Source: Candidatus Omnitrophota bacterium (GTDB lineage: Bacteria > Omnitrophota > Omnitrophia > Omnitrophales > Aquincolibacteriaceae). From it: DNA of 64,000 bases. The notes under the pieces are model-generated. The model made no database searches and was not told the origin of the DNA. It worked only from the letters and a program-made list of their open reading frames with translations. The DNA lies in assembly GCA_903884815.1 (NCBI GenBank), contig CAISGE010000004.1:5136-69135 (forward strand). Direction: 5' to 3'. The translations under genes were made by a program, and so were the position numbers. Numbering within the stretch: the first letter of the stretch is position 1; each line of letters begins with the position of its first letter. Below are positions 40,001 to 43,932 of the stretch, in pieces.

Positions 40001-41094
40001 AACTGCGGATAGTCGCTGAATTTAAAACCTTGCGGACCGGCTTCCATCACGAGTTTTTCCATCAGATCACGCGGCTGAAGGCCGGCCGGCGTCGCATCTG
40101 ACTGGCTGCGAAGCACGCTCACGCGCTGTCCCTGGAAATCCTTGATCGCCGCGAAAAGCTGCGGGCTGACTTGCTTCCCCTGCAGGAACGCAAGCAGCGC
40201 GTCCTTCTCGGCTAGCGCCTTGTCGGTATTCAGATCCTTCTCAAGCGTCTGGAGCACCATGAGGCGCGTGATCTGCGGCCACTCCACCTGAGCGAGGACA
40301 CTTTCCAGATCAATCTTCAGCACCTGCTTGGCTTCCACCGCGAGGCTGTGGATAAACGGCATGAACTCCCGGTGCCCTTTTTCGAATTTCTTCCACTCCG
40401 CCAAATTCCGGCGAAGGTCCGGGGGAAACACCTTCGACGCGAGCGTATCCAGCCGCGCTTCAAAACCGTTCAAGTACTTCGCCACCGGAACCTCCGCGCC
40501 AAACACCTTTTTCAAGGCTTCATAGTTCTCGCGGTAAAGATCGGCTTTCTCAATGCCGTACGCCCTTGGCGCGCTCAACGTGCTACGCTCAACGCTCAAC
40601 GATTCTGTTTTGCCATCCTGCGTTGTGCGTTGCGCGTTGTGCGTTGCGCCGTCCTGCGATAGCAGAAAGAGCTCGACACCATTCAGTTCCCCTTCCCGCG
40701 CCATGAGATCCGCGAGCTTTTGATTGCGCTCCGCGTCGGGAAACATCTGGAGGGCCGTGGGATCCAGTTCCTCCACGGCGCCTTCCACGAAGATGGTTTT
40801 AAAATCATAGGTCTTGTGGAGATACCCGATCAGCTGTTTGATCTTCATCTGAGCGTCGTAATTTGCGTGAGCGTTCTGAATGTGGAGGATCAACCGGGGA
40901 TCCGGCCGTGGCGGAGCTTCGTAAAGTCCATCCAGCGTGGCAAGCTCCGACGGAATATCGATCTGGAGAAACGAGGGGGTTTCGAATTTCGGAGCGATCT
41001 GGATGCCAGCTCCAGGATTGGCGCTAATACTTTGCGTCATCACGAAGCAAGCCAGTGTCACCAGACTGATTATCTTCTGCGTCGTTTTTGTCAT
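22045..41094 (-). CDS. giant (6349 aa) multi-module exported protein with recurrent RSExR linkers
   Basis: Uninterrupted 19-kb ORF, N-terminal signal-like sequence, several recognisable enzyme motifs in frame, AT-rich promoter region upstream. Confidence 0.95.
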   Translation of the reverse strand: MTKTTQKIISLVTLACFVMTQSISANPGAGIQIAPKFETPSFLQIDIPSELATLDGLYEAPPRPDPRLILHIQNAHANYDAQMKIKQLIGYLHKTYDFKTIFVEGAVEELDPTALQMFPDAERNQKLADLMAREGELNGVELFLLSQDGATHNAQRTTQDGKTESLSVERSTLSAPRAYGIEKADLYRENYEALKKVFGAEVPVAKYLNGFEARLDTLASKVFPPDLRRNLAEWKKFEKGHREFMPFIHSLAVEAKQVLKIDLESVLAQVEWPQITRLMVLQTLEKDLNTDKALAEKDALLAFLQGKQVSPQLFAAIKDFQGQRVSVLRSQSDATPAGLQPRDLMEKLVMEAGPQGFKFSDYPQFSTYAGYLILKNELDPKGLFEEIKAVFTRILDTQAVSPRQKELVQLFRDEELIRKLLNLELPRKEWQEVEQKRGLVKTPATLNEAKDLGGDSSAAGFRMTENADSLSMDAMVARLKVIGTALSKEYGLPLSNFETKKVNDKFRSEVTGAQAAAYSFYEAAHKRENVFYEKINDVMTKGAVSKAILVTGGFHTDGITDLLREHQTSYGILTPRLTEKSNDKMYRQNMLQTQSSLFDLATLELPSVLQRSGVLSDQGVDIEALERHLESWFLKLLGGDPKNLEATIKFYNDFVAKEFEHPLNVEPEGENGYVMTSDAFTKNGKFYAVHFTPIGDGSKYSVTVSLARSEGRQKPRSKVRPTEEPIATTEPVSTKDLASGQKGEKLTKGGLIFEWSAAGNQAGFQDGHQLFEQRLFPFLHEHESELNHYLADVGIPVNEVIHISVHAGVLSGSGRHVHRMTFQAGGVSRDLAIKFSDERHLNLQSAKRDKALNLKIVSNPRVARKVAREISVDSQVHFVDTDLVYMQLSEWESGVTLESFIKSNKDPGIRKRIFEQLLSDAHLLWSQVQFEFQSGFPVGVVYDYGIDDVLLRNPEEVAKGATPDLVFIDPVKAFDLPTDSNEVLISAFTTVLGQLQLVRRFFKDAAELLGFLGGVLGESSKPVFQHLRGMDATDKIKRDFVRNVVRFLEAEPADFDLAIENYLNGRAETRTLPVKGRIPIDAAIEGENNAAMRAILAKDGLIGRNSGEFSGIYNEVETVFRDILGSQKVGLVPDQFELHLMDKNEPDAFVYPGDHRVYISLGFLKLIEAYVAQLPPDQKLAGSRAMIAYILSHETGHIKQGWADYEEEQRLGVNPPLNSILKRRAVRFTDEEDADNNALDFMESAGYSMQGAIMAMRCIREYMKANNLKDSWLGEHNTVERRLKNMENQKKRYWRHFNDTRGDISTLATKELGGQSRRRTRESGLKEEAVSKRITGSFVNYGDKASLKMILDLMSSAETMEELQTLYALAYILKRKNGVDDSEAVYKSRASTLCSKLSPDEVSAYEVQRKFVLEDAVDKFLSSNSSAEEFASRITEFLTKSGSAVNGESLLGLLEAQPPDILNFESQSVPSLSRAARQKTAQDHGREDMEKSFLELKSVIFDSHIRFIESVVREYLARNQDSLTPEQLMDLYRRIDQRKRELEVRAQYEAKPLGGELLFRDILRLVESAMVKKLSAGATLNDADRKQFLRLLTDHPIDSVEDLLALLATGLLSAEEQRNLPIHATCFNGGANPVIENREFVLRWLKAINAPTAVEAVQLALEMFKGKYGDYISTIMEYYHLGPEGEIDLLRYALTTHAADLNERWKLEDEQDPDRNYDVRAFDRGLYARSLQQEDLLLMNSRLYEMILGENGLSEELLSDRIDSALAAAGVENAGELALPIRKIIFFYEMGGVFGANDYEGIIEYFKKIKLIDDGDPAASGSFKKTDPVHNVPFSLVERTALYNYLLSQRDVQTKRGTFSRMIRNLPGDWKPSAIGRIRTWNGFMVRIALALRLGKYRDNGIFDTHGRSRRIGEVPYRVDRLFFSDTPDVEISDQAYLGPFSTHDWQNRWLLYLPSDLIRNVSPGTVQNLLPSQIFNRLLDYGLPISAAGRTFEEVVAELNAVLPDGMMKNMALYLVFVEMVLRKNGVVVDDTMADYFDIAGVRQKIGALPAGQQQAILRSAALIMPSLQLDVAMEEANERIRISKSENCAININNAGQFAPSSVTERYTPAEFTNTGGHATQIVYAVPMLLRDILASHLSAEVPETEVKDIVEVMQSRRDLVRSFFAENSEPKDYFMEQLFRGIRDAMRANKLTREQQDSLITHMRAMLDNDFKSSSVRERSALLALEVDREMRPDLFSDFSEEVRIVVENYFKEFSYTRDDVLRSIQNERVVTPRMLEIVQSYLLQFRGNTRKEGVRDNLFGKEKILLQVVSELAPESKKDLILWLVGVTENKPAFLLRIEHDFEVNYDFLRELFRGGEEGHYKGIGTSLRQDMLDLLLYGKNGVLAETAKVTRRDMSTKHGLPYVREYPNHAAADLFDAIFNYAYPKGEAGTEKERRDLYKGIYDILIEAGDPYRKEQVLLSLCAGLSRIADPGLSREEREAEVVGLVFESFGITMVKLGQILSSSPLIDDKDITPEIRARLERLKDGANPMPIEDKFEMTDRVFGSFTDVFQELHNKKRNASVKAVDEALTQDGSREIVKIKRPDGEQRIEEEIAFMRRVAAMLGDKLKINVPKQMLDRVEDRIRKEMDFDLEGENQKRLAKAIRVVQAGAENAFRGYEFDVPIAHEIAQNSVMRERTAPGVPLTDDAGVAALGIDPVAVEHILGHLFFRMMFICGFYHADPHRGNIFVSRTAEGKIRISIIDLGAASTLSIDSRKSLWALMQALLIGQKLPVGKGIARKMAVKELRALLVGQASMNPDVEVKISNVLASGKSMIGKFLGVIAELERAGIPVKDDVMDVFNLLASCGQLFNFSGMTSLELLKMVRSIKSADWLSVEDLSGADAAKINIPNVRSETRTPTDVAQPARSSESRAEQRRNIWRRLRRSPLVRILVPPALAGVLCFSAMKSNRVYRWMVESDQLWSVRAIIERVVVTPLKGAGELNVAMEIEKGSTGLSLEDARFMAGINETIRQLMEKGIPYHEALPILKAEASKYPHYVSEEKRFRELKRERGMDIPADFPLLMRYWAAMTDYLIKKYLEAAGIDGKDNAEASTILKRSTSILFQTDDLTTTFARVFIRHPNGFEFPGPEGFEVKIQSQTDGMTFDSWASVFWHEYTHLLSDLQIGASSTEGPFRDRRFLGAALFKTLATGTPTGKVAGQSVVKTPKELHASWRPFLYGTGGGESWTGDLDLIDGTFNANFNRERGAHYSTYSEGEDFGKWLLERYATSYPADFVARLYMESHESLDLGQMILAGDILERILPPIKKFSELGADRNPSRKEVAKMEQWALAQARLAGPLYEKPLGEIGELAIKIAAKYSPKKSASVASSPETEGAETSATPAEAGLSRSGSRWVSPANLWKQFQRVLLPGLIMIQVVRYIASMRAREILKHPGFLYAVEYLVVYLSTFPYVAKLIASVLRQAPVETSPLGQVAIIAYLLLWDVLELPWQTPWFEQVIKGGVTKEERTLAGFALALKYAGAFFLLGGMTAVAIFFLFDAAKLIFKWDQPGRLTTARAKVNRFLKSAFFAGLLKIGELLVGRGPSLNPPNAAEVRPAEPGAGRSETRVRDALNLANSAKMDGDSIDRFLEYLARSVPVLRNEFPRSVGVVQKLSLRKHDAQVLHEFEQRKEFFPNNFSPRFYRLLIAIHDVGKPTAVEDDGDKSLQHKRSLQLIQDNKLYDLFEFTPEERKLANALIAFDPLGRMLERTYSARIRGDDAEIAQALEDAFVEVRTAAREAQLPIAQFFQILTEFYRVDAGSYAGLREHAFDEQMNFKSPDYEELKKLVTNGRRKGMPAEASSSFVAKPAPSKPARAPSTRSKGANRFSHGWSRAVMEKWKRAKASLKEKGFPISRDGETLNIAQIYLVHMTDANPEEDGFIHPRSFFSEEVLTPNGDFLQPHAWETLHFSLNSTVTSSLLPERSPFYRAKYVVLIPLAAVLDQLAVIDPMDTVIIGSLKLPPGSVILGNETFLPEAALPASSGIEVRRLSEDPTQTVSDAVAATLLDKGVMPMDFAPKIKAAGADAKDDGFETYKAPRGGWYDLDGEDLNNQRAFANFAREHHILYDSPAAMPLEKLEELVHRVFNYYLKGEIGALRALHDYYDPDLKNFHSLLEIKKHIERFMKLSADQYGAHPSEEVRKGLARASYVANQALALIRADEALFNDTNKRFNDDRGNSAHAEKVRKVMDAANPGQSREDMFPPIPQQKNPLGFDLMGNILHELRSAEADVRREGIRKLRFWVETQREGNPLRDERLTQFLKEGASDPEIFQAVVDLLMREDKTQGLPSRIALLLEVDKSCRASDGLMQQRGVLARSLVALNKASAGDGVTTGTLTQNEDMREYMEGWFPGYRGLSMSPQERFDFIMALVDYGILKSPDRIKSELALFFTGQHHENLMNQYAVRYRDSYMADNAGHPPLGFHLVDFLDELSLQPADRAQALSESFASHAGIDQPGPLVGTSEQPVVLPPVPAKKERPAVKMLERDIPMDEPVKILEELTRSKWDGTDIEALSEDALMEHMDGLRAMGLLSLNGGPQIDDGMLDQRSRLREELSGLLKYLDARAIAFMISSFKGTGRMYGNPRRSNVVMRVVDNELVLRLADNGDLPVARAAWEIMESFTPVGGGQLDGIPRRTPFVAGGQMLGSGPSRSTARLPQNSELKPINEKNWSLSADEFMDVVMRVHEEDNGEEFFGEIQGDDNASAALKDFVKRHYLFAARSGFFFNEPKDRYFHDFVAPGGRSESRSNNSTAATDRSEVRKALLRRAGLAGLSLAASISLHGQQLEPDYVPSVTKHEKDGIHLTGYMGKAPVYMMQNHNSAYLAWAAAGIHEAVLYHWDSHFDLGDLENVKDPDKPDMSKPSFSIEGFIAPAVLQHMISEIYWILPEYPGAAPAVLKGGTYYVGLLTSKTDPSDKQVYMHPEEDPGKRYPGILEKYTLSHLRPIKVHIVYLKELPQADPGKPLILDFDMDGFSMKNKDGKDPFNAAGLKAEVERVFKAFAEKDVVPTLVDAALSPNFIGRGADVAKVMTETIKAETKKFVEKSGVTPEGAGHEAPVQPAEGKRQERRTLETTDQIRSETRTYPDLKMKDGAALVNVDGVPLLPSELEAGLKNGDISRVKTGYEFSDARLKRIWFHGVKKYDRDPLGDLAATGEMSRGMVTIAIEEALSWQEEGLLIFNFPDMETAKLYIKDFESVKIDPEKQTSERGFRRYGVASRDLIFEKEKCKAIPLEFLTPSSKWELIRLMSLRPGFDAEKMEKLAGFLKIPFDQVQSAFDESATFLGIPNEPDRSETRELLAGVVGQTSTMPVISPVSTRGDLRAGAKPVAEVRSSSVSDRSEVRLSTFTKTMISAMADRFLLDMAFRLRDVDPAKLNVATDLEEWNARDLNIGKAIDAVLHEKSSQWRDLSLSQKEALDFFVNHRDECIRIISNYIRSLKMGLSHVALLIRWVNQQKAGAKKDSTPIQSQSAAALAILTGERPSEAVVTNAWEDSVLHMSPGSVALYSPDMGAIRARLERPSVSELLERNAALPERENIDREVFWKIFATNLSRREADSSRATEGLLSVLRDIVGSNSGQEAEAALPGAALARLEGAVRSYEQALEDERSTQGSAGMVMKGLSENNAASVREVIRDIVKNGRWGSLVQEHSKKIFALLADAGISVDADEIIFVADDSELSHSLYSDATHEGSHIDLGGGKSVILVRTKFHQFEDLETVIHELTHKDYRSARTSEIPENQRSLSLVVEEARVSGEAIQKTAEIGEKIEKTDPLKSAEYAEWKAQDGTQTHPRERRFLSALTAHIPGGENAIERYLRSGNADALGLGKERLERLNGFINDFARRIYDPDSVYVVALTFAIEALEQPERFEMTLEAGQAVCEFLKAETGKEYANVGLGIASLAVSKMVKELTQNPSADAKALVAGSFRAAREESSVANAVDAMEAALDQARGAAVEAAVLPVMGQSPTAPAVRTEAKEGEMRSEARPTVKAIAAALKVTGFAEQYQKEPEARGTKTVDAGANILKALPPELRALLGKKKMSEVRAALSVDAKMPEAIVLVAFLVGGIMALSQDSPEEAARKLESLLAAAGGEEAPDIVSAFKRSNPKAFSHLAGQGAGRVFELVDALPTDEKELDAWVGTIVAIFMLNPNPEMRYKLPVVTDLGKQGPSPAQVRALKNRVIAAAEKRGMLRKDVEKRFSVFLTTTQKLNDKLNTDASGGSYVLLGARAIMRKLTDNLNTAKGVVVEEAYDATNADLRMASRLGAVGLSQALVPGKELSELTIMEMGFEPGKRITATDESLQSRLNQIGDAIHAFLQVLQAA
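23100..24960 (-). other. giant protein module with HExxH...E zinc motif
   Basis: VIHELTH (23830-23844) followed by VVEEARV. Confidence 0.5.
25850..26640 (-). other. giant protein module: UPF0489-like (arginase/deacetylase fold) domain
   Basis: VYMMQNHNSAYLAW, HWDSHFDL, IEGFIAPAV, LILDFDMDGF. Confidence 0.7.
29600..30270 (-). other. giant protein module: HD-superfamily domain
   Basis: LRKHDAQV, IAIHDVGKP, later H and VDAGSY; matches the H...HD...D pattern. Confidence 0.7.
30300..30910 (-). other. giant protein module: multi-pass membrane segment
   Basis: At least 4 hydrophobic stretches, e.g. VAIIAYLLLWDVL and FALALKYAGAFFLLGGMTAVAIFFLF. Confidence 0.65.
30960..32335 (-). other. giant protein module: leader-like segment plus HExxH putative zinc metallopeptidase
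   Basis: WRRLRRSPLVRILVPPALAGVLCFSA then HEYTH (31615-31629). Confidence 0.45.
32450..33620 (-). other. giant protein module: ABC1/AarF/UbiB atypical kinase
   Basis: VKLGQILSS (KxGQ), ASVKAV, VKIKRP, EMDFDLEGEN, HADPHRGN, IIDLG. Confidence 0.88.
37200..37880 (-). other. giant protein module: M48 family metallopeptidase
   Basis: DAFVYPG..VYISLGFL, HETGH (37504-37518), EEDAD..A...M..AGY, EHNTVERR. Confidence 0.82.
37900..38930 (-). other. giant protein module: divergent protein-kinase-like domain
   Basis: GSGRHVH, LAIK, SEWESGVTL, YDYGIDDVLL, VFIDP in kinase subdomain order. Confidence 0.5.
39704..39765. repeat. REP-like imperfect palindrome inserted in frame in the giant gene
   Basis: GTCATTCTGAA..CGAAGAATCT-ccgcca-AGATCCTTCG..TTCAGGGTGGC; encodes ATLNEAKDLGGDSSAAGFRMT. 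Confidence 0.75.
40572..40648. repeat. inverted heptamer arrays inserted in frame in the giant gene
   Basis: CGCTCAA CGTGCTA CGCTCAA CGCTCAA ... CGTTGTG CGTTGCG CGTTGTG CGTTGCG. Confidence 0.8.
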
Positions 41095-41096
41095 AG

Positions 41097-41199
41097 ATTG
41101 CTATACGCTTTAGTTTATTAATTTGTTTCTTATCTACATCTACTATAAAGTTACTACATGTTATTAATAAAGTCAATTTTGTATAGCAATATATAGCAA
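41097..41199 (-). promoter_or_regulatory. sigma70-like promoter of the giant gene within nested inverted repeats
   Basis: TTGACT (41176-41171)-N17-TAACTT (41153-41148); flanked by ATTGCTATAC/GTATAGCAAT and TTTATTAAT/ATTAATAAA pairs. Confidence 0.6.
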
Positions 41200-41310
41200 A
41201 CCTATCATGTTATAAACAAAATGGTTATGGAAAGTCAGGAATAAATTTCAGATATTTCGAGGAATAAGCCCAAGGAGACGCTTTTAATCTACCTACGAAC
41301 TCTTCTTGGG

Positions 41311-43428
41311 TTAGCGGGAATAGCGGTCGCGGGAGCGGTCAGGAGCAGGAGGATCGTCGTCGAATTCGATGATAGGATCGGGGTCAGGATCGGCATCGCA
41401 AACAGAGCGGCTCACAGAGTCCTGGTCATCGTCTTCGTCACGGTAGCTGCCACGGGAAAACGTGGCCCGGGCATCGCAAAGGCCGGCCGGGATCTCGGTC
41501 AGGAACCGAGACGGGAGATTTTGATGAGTGGCTCCGTACATGCGACGCGTGGTCGCGTACGAGAGATGAATTTTCTCTCTCGCCCGGGTCATACCGACAT
41601 AACAAAGACGCCGCTCCTCTTCAATCTCCTCGGAAGGACCCGCGAAGGAATTCACATGGGGGAAAATCCCCTCTTCAAGGCCCACCATGTAAACGATCGG
41701 GAATTCGAGGCCTTTTGCCGTATGAAGCGTCATAAGCGTCAGCACATTCGTTCCCTGGTCCCACGCATCGAGGTTGGTCACAAGCTCGATAGAATCGAGG
41801 AAGGCCGCCAAAGGCGACTGAGCCATTTCCGCGGGTGCCGACTCAGCCCCATCTTCCACGATCTCCAGTCTCTGGTCGGCAGTCTCGTTGAAATCCTCGA
41901 TCACGCTATAAAATTCCTCGATATTCTCCAGACGAGCCTGAGCTTCGGGTGTGCGCTCCGCCTCAAGAGCCGTCACATACCCCGTATCCTCCAGCACTCT
42001 CTCGAGGATCTCATGAACGGTCATCTCGCACTGCTTATTGCGAAGCTTGGTGATCCACGCGTAGAACGATGAGAGGGATTTCTGAACCTTGGGGGTGAGT
42101 CCCTCCACAGTTGAAAGACCTTGAAGCACCTCGTCCCAGGTCCTCCCTTGAGCGGCAGCCTGCAGTGTCTCCAGCGCTTTTTTGCCAATCCCCCGCGTCG
42201 GAACATTGATCACGCGTTTGAGACTCACCTCATCATGCGGGTAGGCCACGACACGGAGATACGCGATCACATCCTTGATCTCCTTGCGGTCGTAAAAGCG
42301 GGTTCCTCCGACGATCTTGTAGGGAATATTGGCGCGCATCAGTTCTTCTTCCATCACGCGCGACTGGGCATGAACACGATAAAAGATCACCTGATCCGCG
42401 AAGGTCCGTCCCTGCCCTTTGTATTTCATGACATTGCCAACCACATACTTGGCCTCGGCCGACTCATCCTCGGCATTATAAAGATCGATCTTCGCCCCGC
42501 CCTTCTGCTCTGTCCACAGCGCCTTCGGGCGGCGCATCTGGTTGTTGCGGATCAAATGATTCGCCGCTTCAAGGATCACGGGGGTTGAGCGGTAATTCTG
42601 CTCCATGCGAATCGCTCCGGCGTCAGGGTAATCTTTCTCGAAATTCAGGATATTCTTGATATCCGCCCCGCGCCACGCGTAGATCGACTGGTCGGGATCC
42701 CCCACCACGGTGATCTGGTGTCGCGCCGAGGCCAGGAGCTTCACGAGACGGTACTGGGCGTGGTTGGTATCCTGATATTCGTCGATCAGGATATGCTGGA
42801 AGCGGTCCTGCCAGGCCTTGAGCACCTCCGGATGCCTGTCAAAAAGCACCACGGTTTTCAAGATCAAATCACCAAAATCGCAGGCCTTGAGGCGCATCAT
42901 CCGCGTCTCATAAAGTTTATAGACCTTGCCCACGGAATCCTGGAAGAGATCCATCGCCTTCGCCAGATATTGCTCAGGGGAGATGAGAAAATCCTTCGCC
43001 CGCGAAATCTCCTCGCGCACGGCCTTGGGATTGACCTTTTTCTCATCGAGTTTGAGCTCAGCCACGCACTCCTTGATCACCTGGAGCTGATCATACTCAT
43101 CATAGATGATGAAATTCCGGTCGAGCTCCATGGCGGGGCCGTCCTGGCGTAGGATGCGCAGGCACGTCGAATGGAAAGTACTTATCCAGACTCGCTGAGC
43201 CACGAGTCTTTCGATGCGGCTGCGCATCTCCTGCGCGGCTTTATTGGTGAACGTGACACCAAGAATAGTGAACGCCGGCACCCCATGCTCGATCAAATAG
43301 GCGATGCGATGCGTGAGAATGCGCGTCTTCCCGCTCCCCGCCCCGGCCAGGATCAAAAGCGGACGGACGGGCGGCCAGGTCACGGCTTCTTTTTGAGAAG
43401 GATTTAAACCGGCTAGAAGATCTTTCAT
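41311..43428 (-). CDS. pcrA: ATP-dependent DNA helicase PcrA/UvrD
   Basis: AGAGSGKT, TFTNKAA, DEYQDTN, GDPDQSIYAWRGA, QNYRST, HTAKGLEF, EERRLCYVGMTRA. Confidence 0.96.
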   Translation of the reverse strand: MKDLLAGLNPSQKEAVTWPPVRPLLILAGAGSGKTRILTHRIAYLIEHGVPAFTILGVTFTNKAAQEMRSRIERLVAQRVWISTFHSTCLRILRQDGPAMELDRNFIIYDEYDQLQVIKECVAELKLDEKKVNPKAVREEISRAKDFLISPEQYLAKAMDLFQDSVGKVYKLYETRMMRLKACDFGDLILKTVVLFDRHPEVLKAWQDRFQHILIDEYQDTNHAQYRLVKLLASARHQITVVGDPDQSIYAWRGADIKNILNFEKDYPDAGAIRMEQNYRSTPVILEAANHLIRNNQMRRPKALWTEQKGGAKIDLYNAEDESAEAKYVVGNVMKYKGQGRTFADQVIFYRVHAQSRVMEEELMRANIPYKIVGGTRFYDRKEIKDVIAYLRVVAYPHDEVSLKRVINVPTRGIGKKALETLQAAAQGRTWDEVLQGLSTVEGLTPKVQKSLSSFYAWITKLRNKQCEMTVHEILERVLEDTGYVTALEAERTPEAQARLENIEEFYSVIEDFNETADQRLEIVEDGAESAPAEMAQSPLAAFLDSIELVTNLDAWDQGTNVLTLMTLHTAKGLEFPIVYMVGLEEGIFPHVNSFAGPSEEIEEERRLCYVGMTRAREKIHLSYATTRRMYGATHQNLPSRFLTEIPAGLCDARATFSRGSYRDEDDDQDSVSRSVCDADPDPDPIIEFDDDPPAPDRSRDRYSR

Positions 43429-43452
43429 TATTTAATCCTGGTAAGGGGTAAG

Positions 43453-43505
43453 GCGTACTGCGTACCGCGTTTTGTTAGTCGCCGTACTCCGTACGCCGTA
43501 CGCGC
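43453..43505. repeat. degenerate heptamer arrays (SCGTACN) in intergenic DNA
   Basis: GCGTACT GCGTACC GCG...CCGTACT CCGTACG CCGTACG. Confidence 0.7.
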
Positions 43506-43518
43506 GACAATCCAAAAA

Positions 43519-43893
43519 TCACTCATCATGAATCTTATACTTCCCAAATGCTTCCTGAAAATCGTAAACATTGTCAAAATCCGAGAGTTTATCCTCGGGT
43601 TGTTTGCTAAGGAGCTCCACATCGATTAGGGCGAAAACGATCTTGCCAAAATCCAGCGTCTCCTGAATGCCCCAATGCTTCAGGACCGTCTGCGCCATGG
43701 GCCCGAACTGCTCAATGGCGTAATCGCGTATCCCGGCCGCGAGTTCCTGACCCGTAATATGGCGAGGCTTCTTGAGATTCACGACCGTATCGTGCAAAGC
43801 GGCCAGAACGAAGGTGTAGCCTTCCAGCTTATAGCGCGGGTTCTTCTCGAGGATCTCTTCGATCTTTTTTAAATAAGTCAGGGCTTCTTCCAT
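43519..43893 (-). CDS. Minf_1886 family protein (TIGR04138-like, PVC-associated)
   Basis: RHITGQELAAGIRDYAIEQFGPMAQTVLKHWGI..TLDFGKIVF. Confidence 0.85.
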   Translation of the reverse strand: MEEALTYLKKIEEILEKNPRYKLEGYTFVLAALHDTVVNLKKPRHITGQELAAGIRDYAIEQFGPMAQTVLKHWGIQETLDFGKIVFALIDVELLSKQPEDKLSDFDNVYDFQEAFGKYKIHDE

Positions 43894-43932
43894 GAAAGTA
43901 GACCTTAGTATGTAGAAGGTGGTTTGTAGTAT

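Larger units (their letters stand above)
39300..41020 (-). other. giant protein N-terminal TraB/Tiki/ChaN-like domain
   Basis: HIQNAH (H76), IFVEGA (E104), KRENVF (R527/N529), LVTGGFH (H555) follow the order of conserved residues in the EreA/ChaN/Tiki superfamily. Confidence 0.55.

Noticed and set aside
22045-41094. RSExR sites as DNA recombination sites or CRISPR-like repeats
   Set aside because: The nucleotide sequences differ at synonymous positions and spacing is irregular (tens to thousands of bp). Weak microhomology use cannot be excluded.
21950-41310. Giant gene as a mobile island
   Set aside because: No integrase, transposase, tRNA or flanking direct repeats seen, and the head domain has host-like composition.
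43428-43622. 64-aa ORF upstream of pcrA
   Set aside because: Overlaps the Minf_1886 gene, and its remainder is translated heptamer repeat (RTAYGVRR, RGTQYA).
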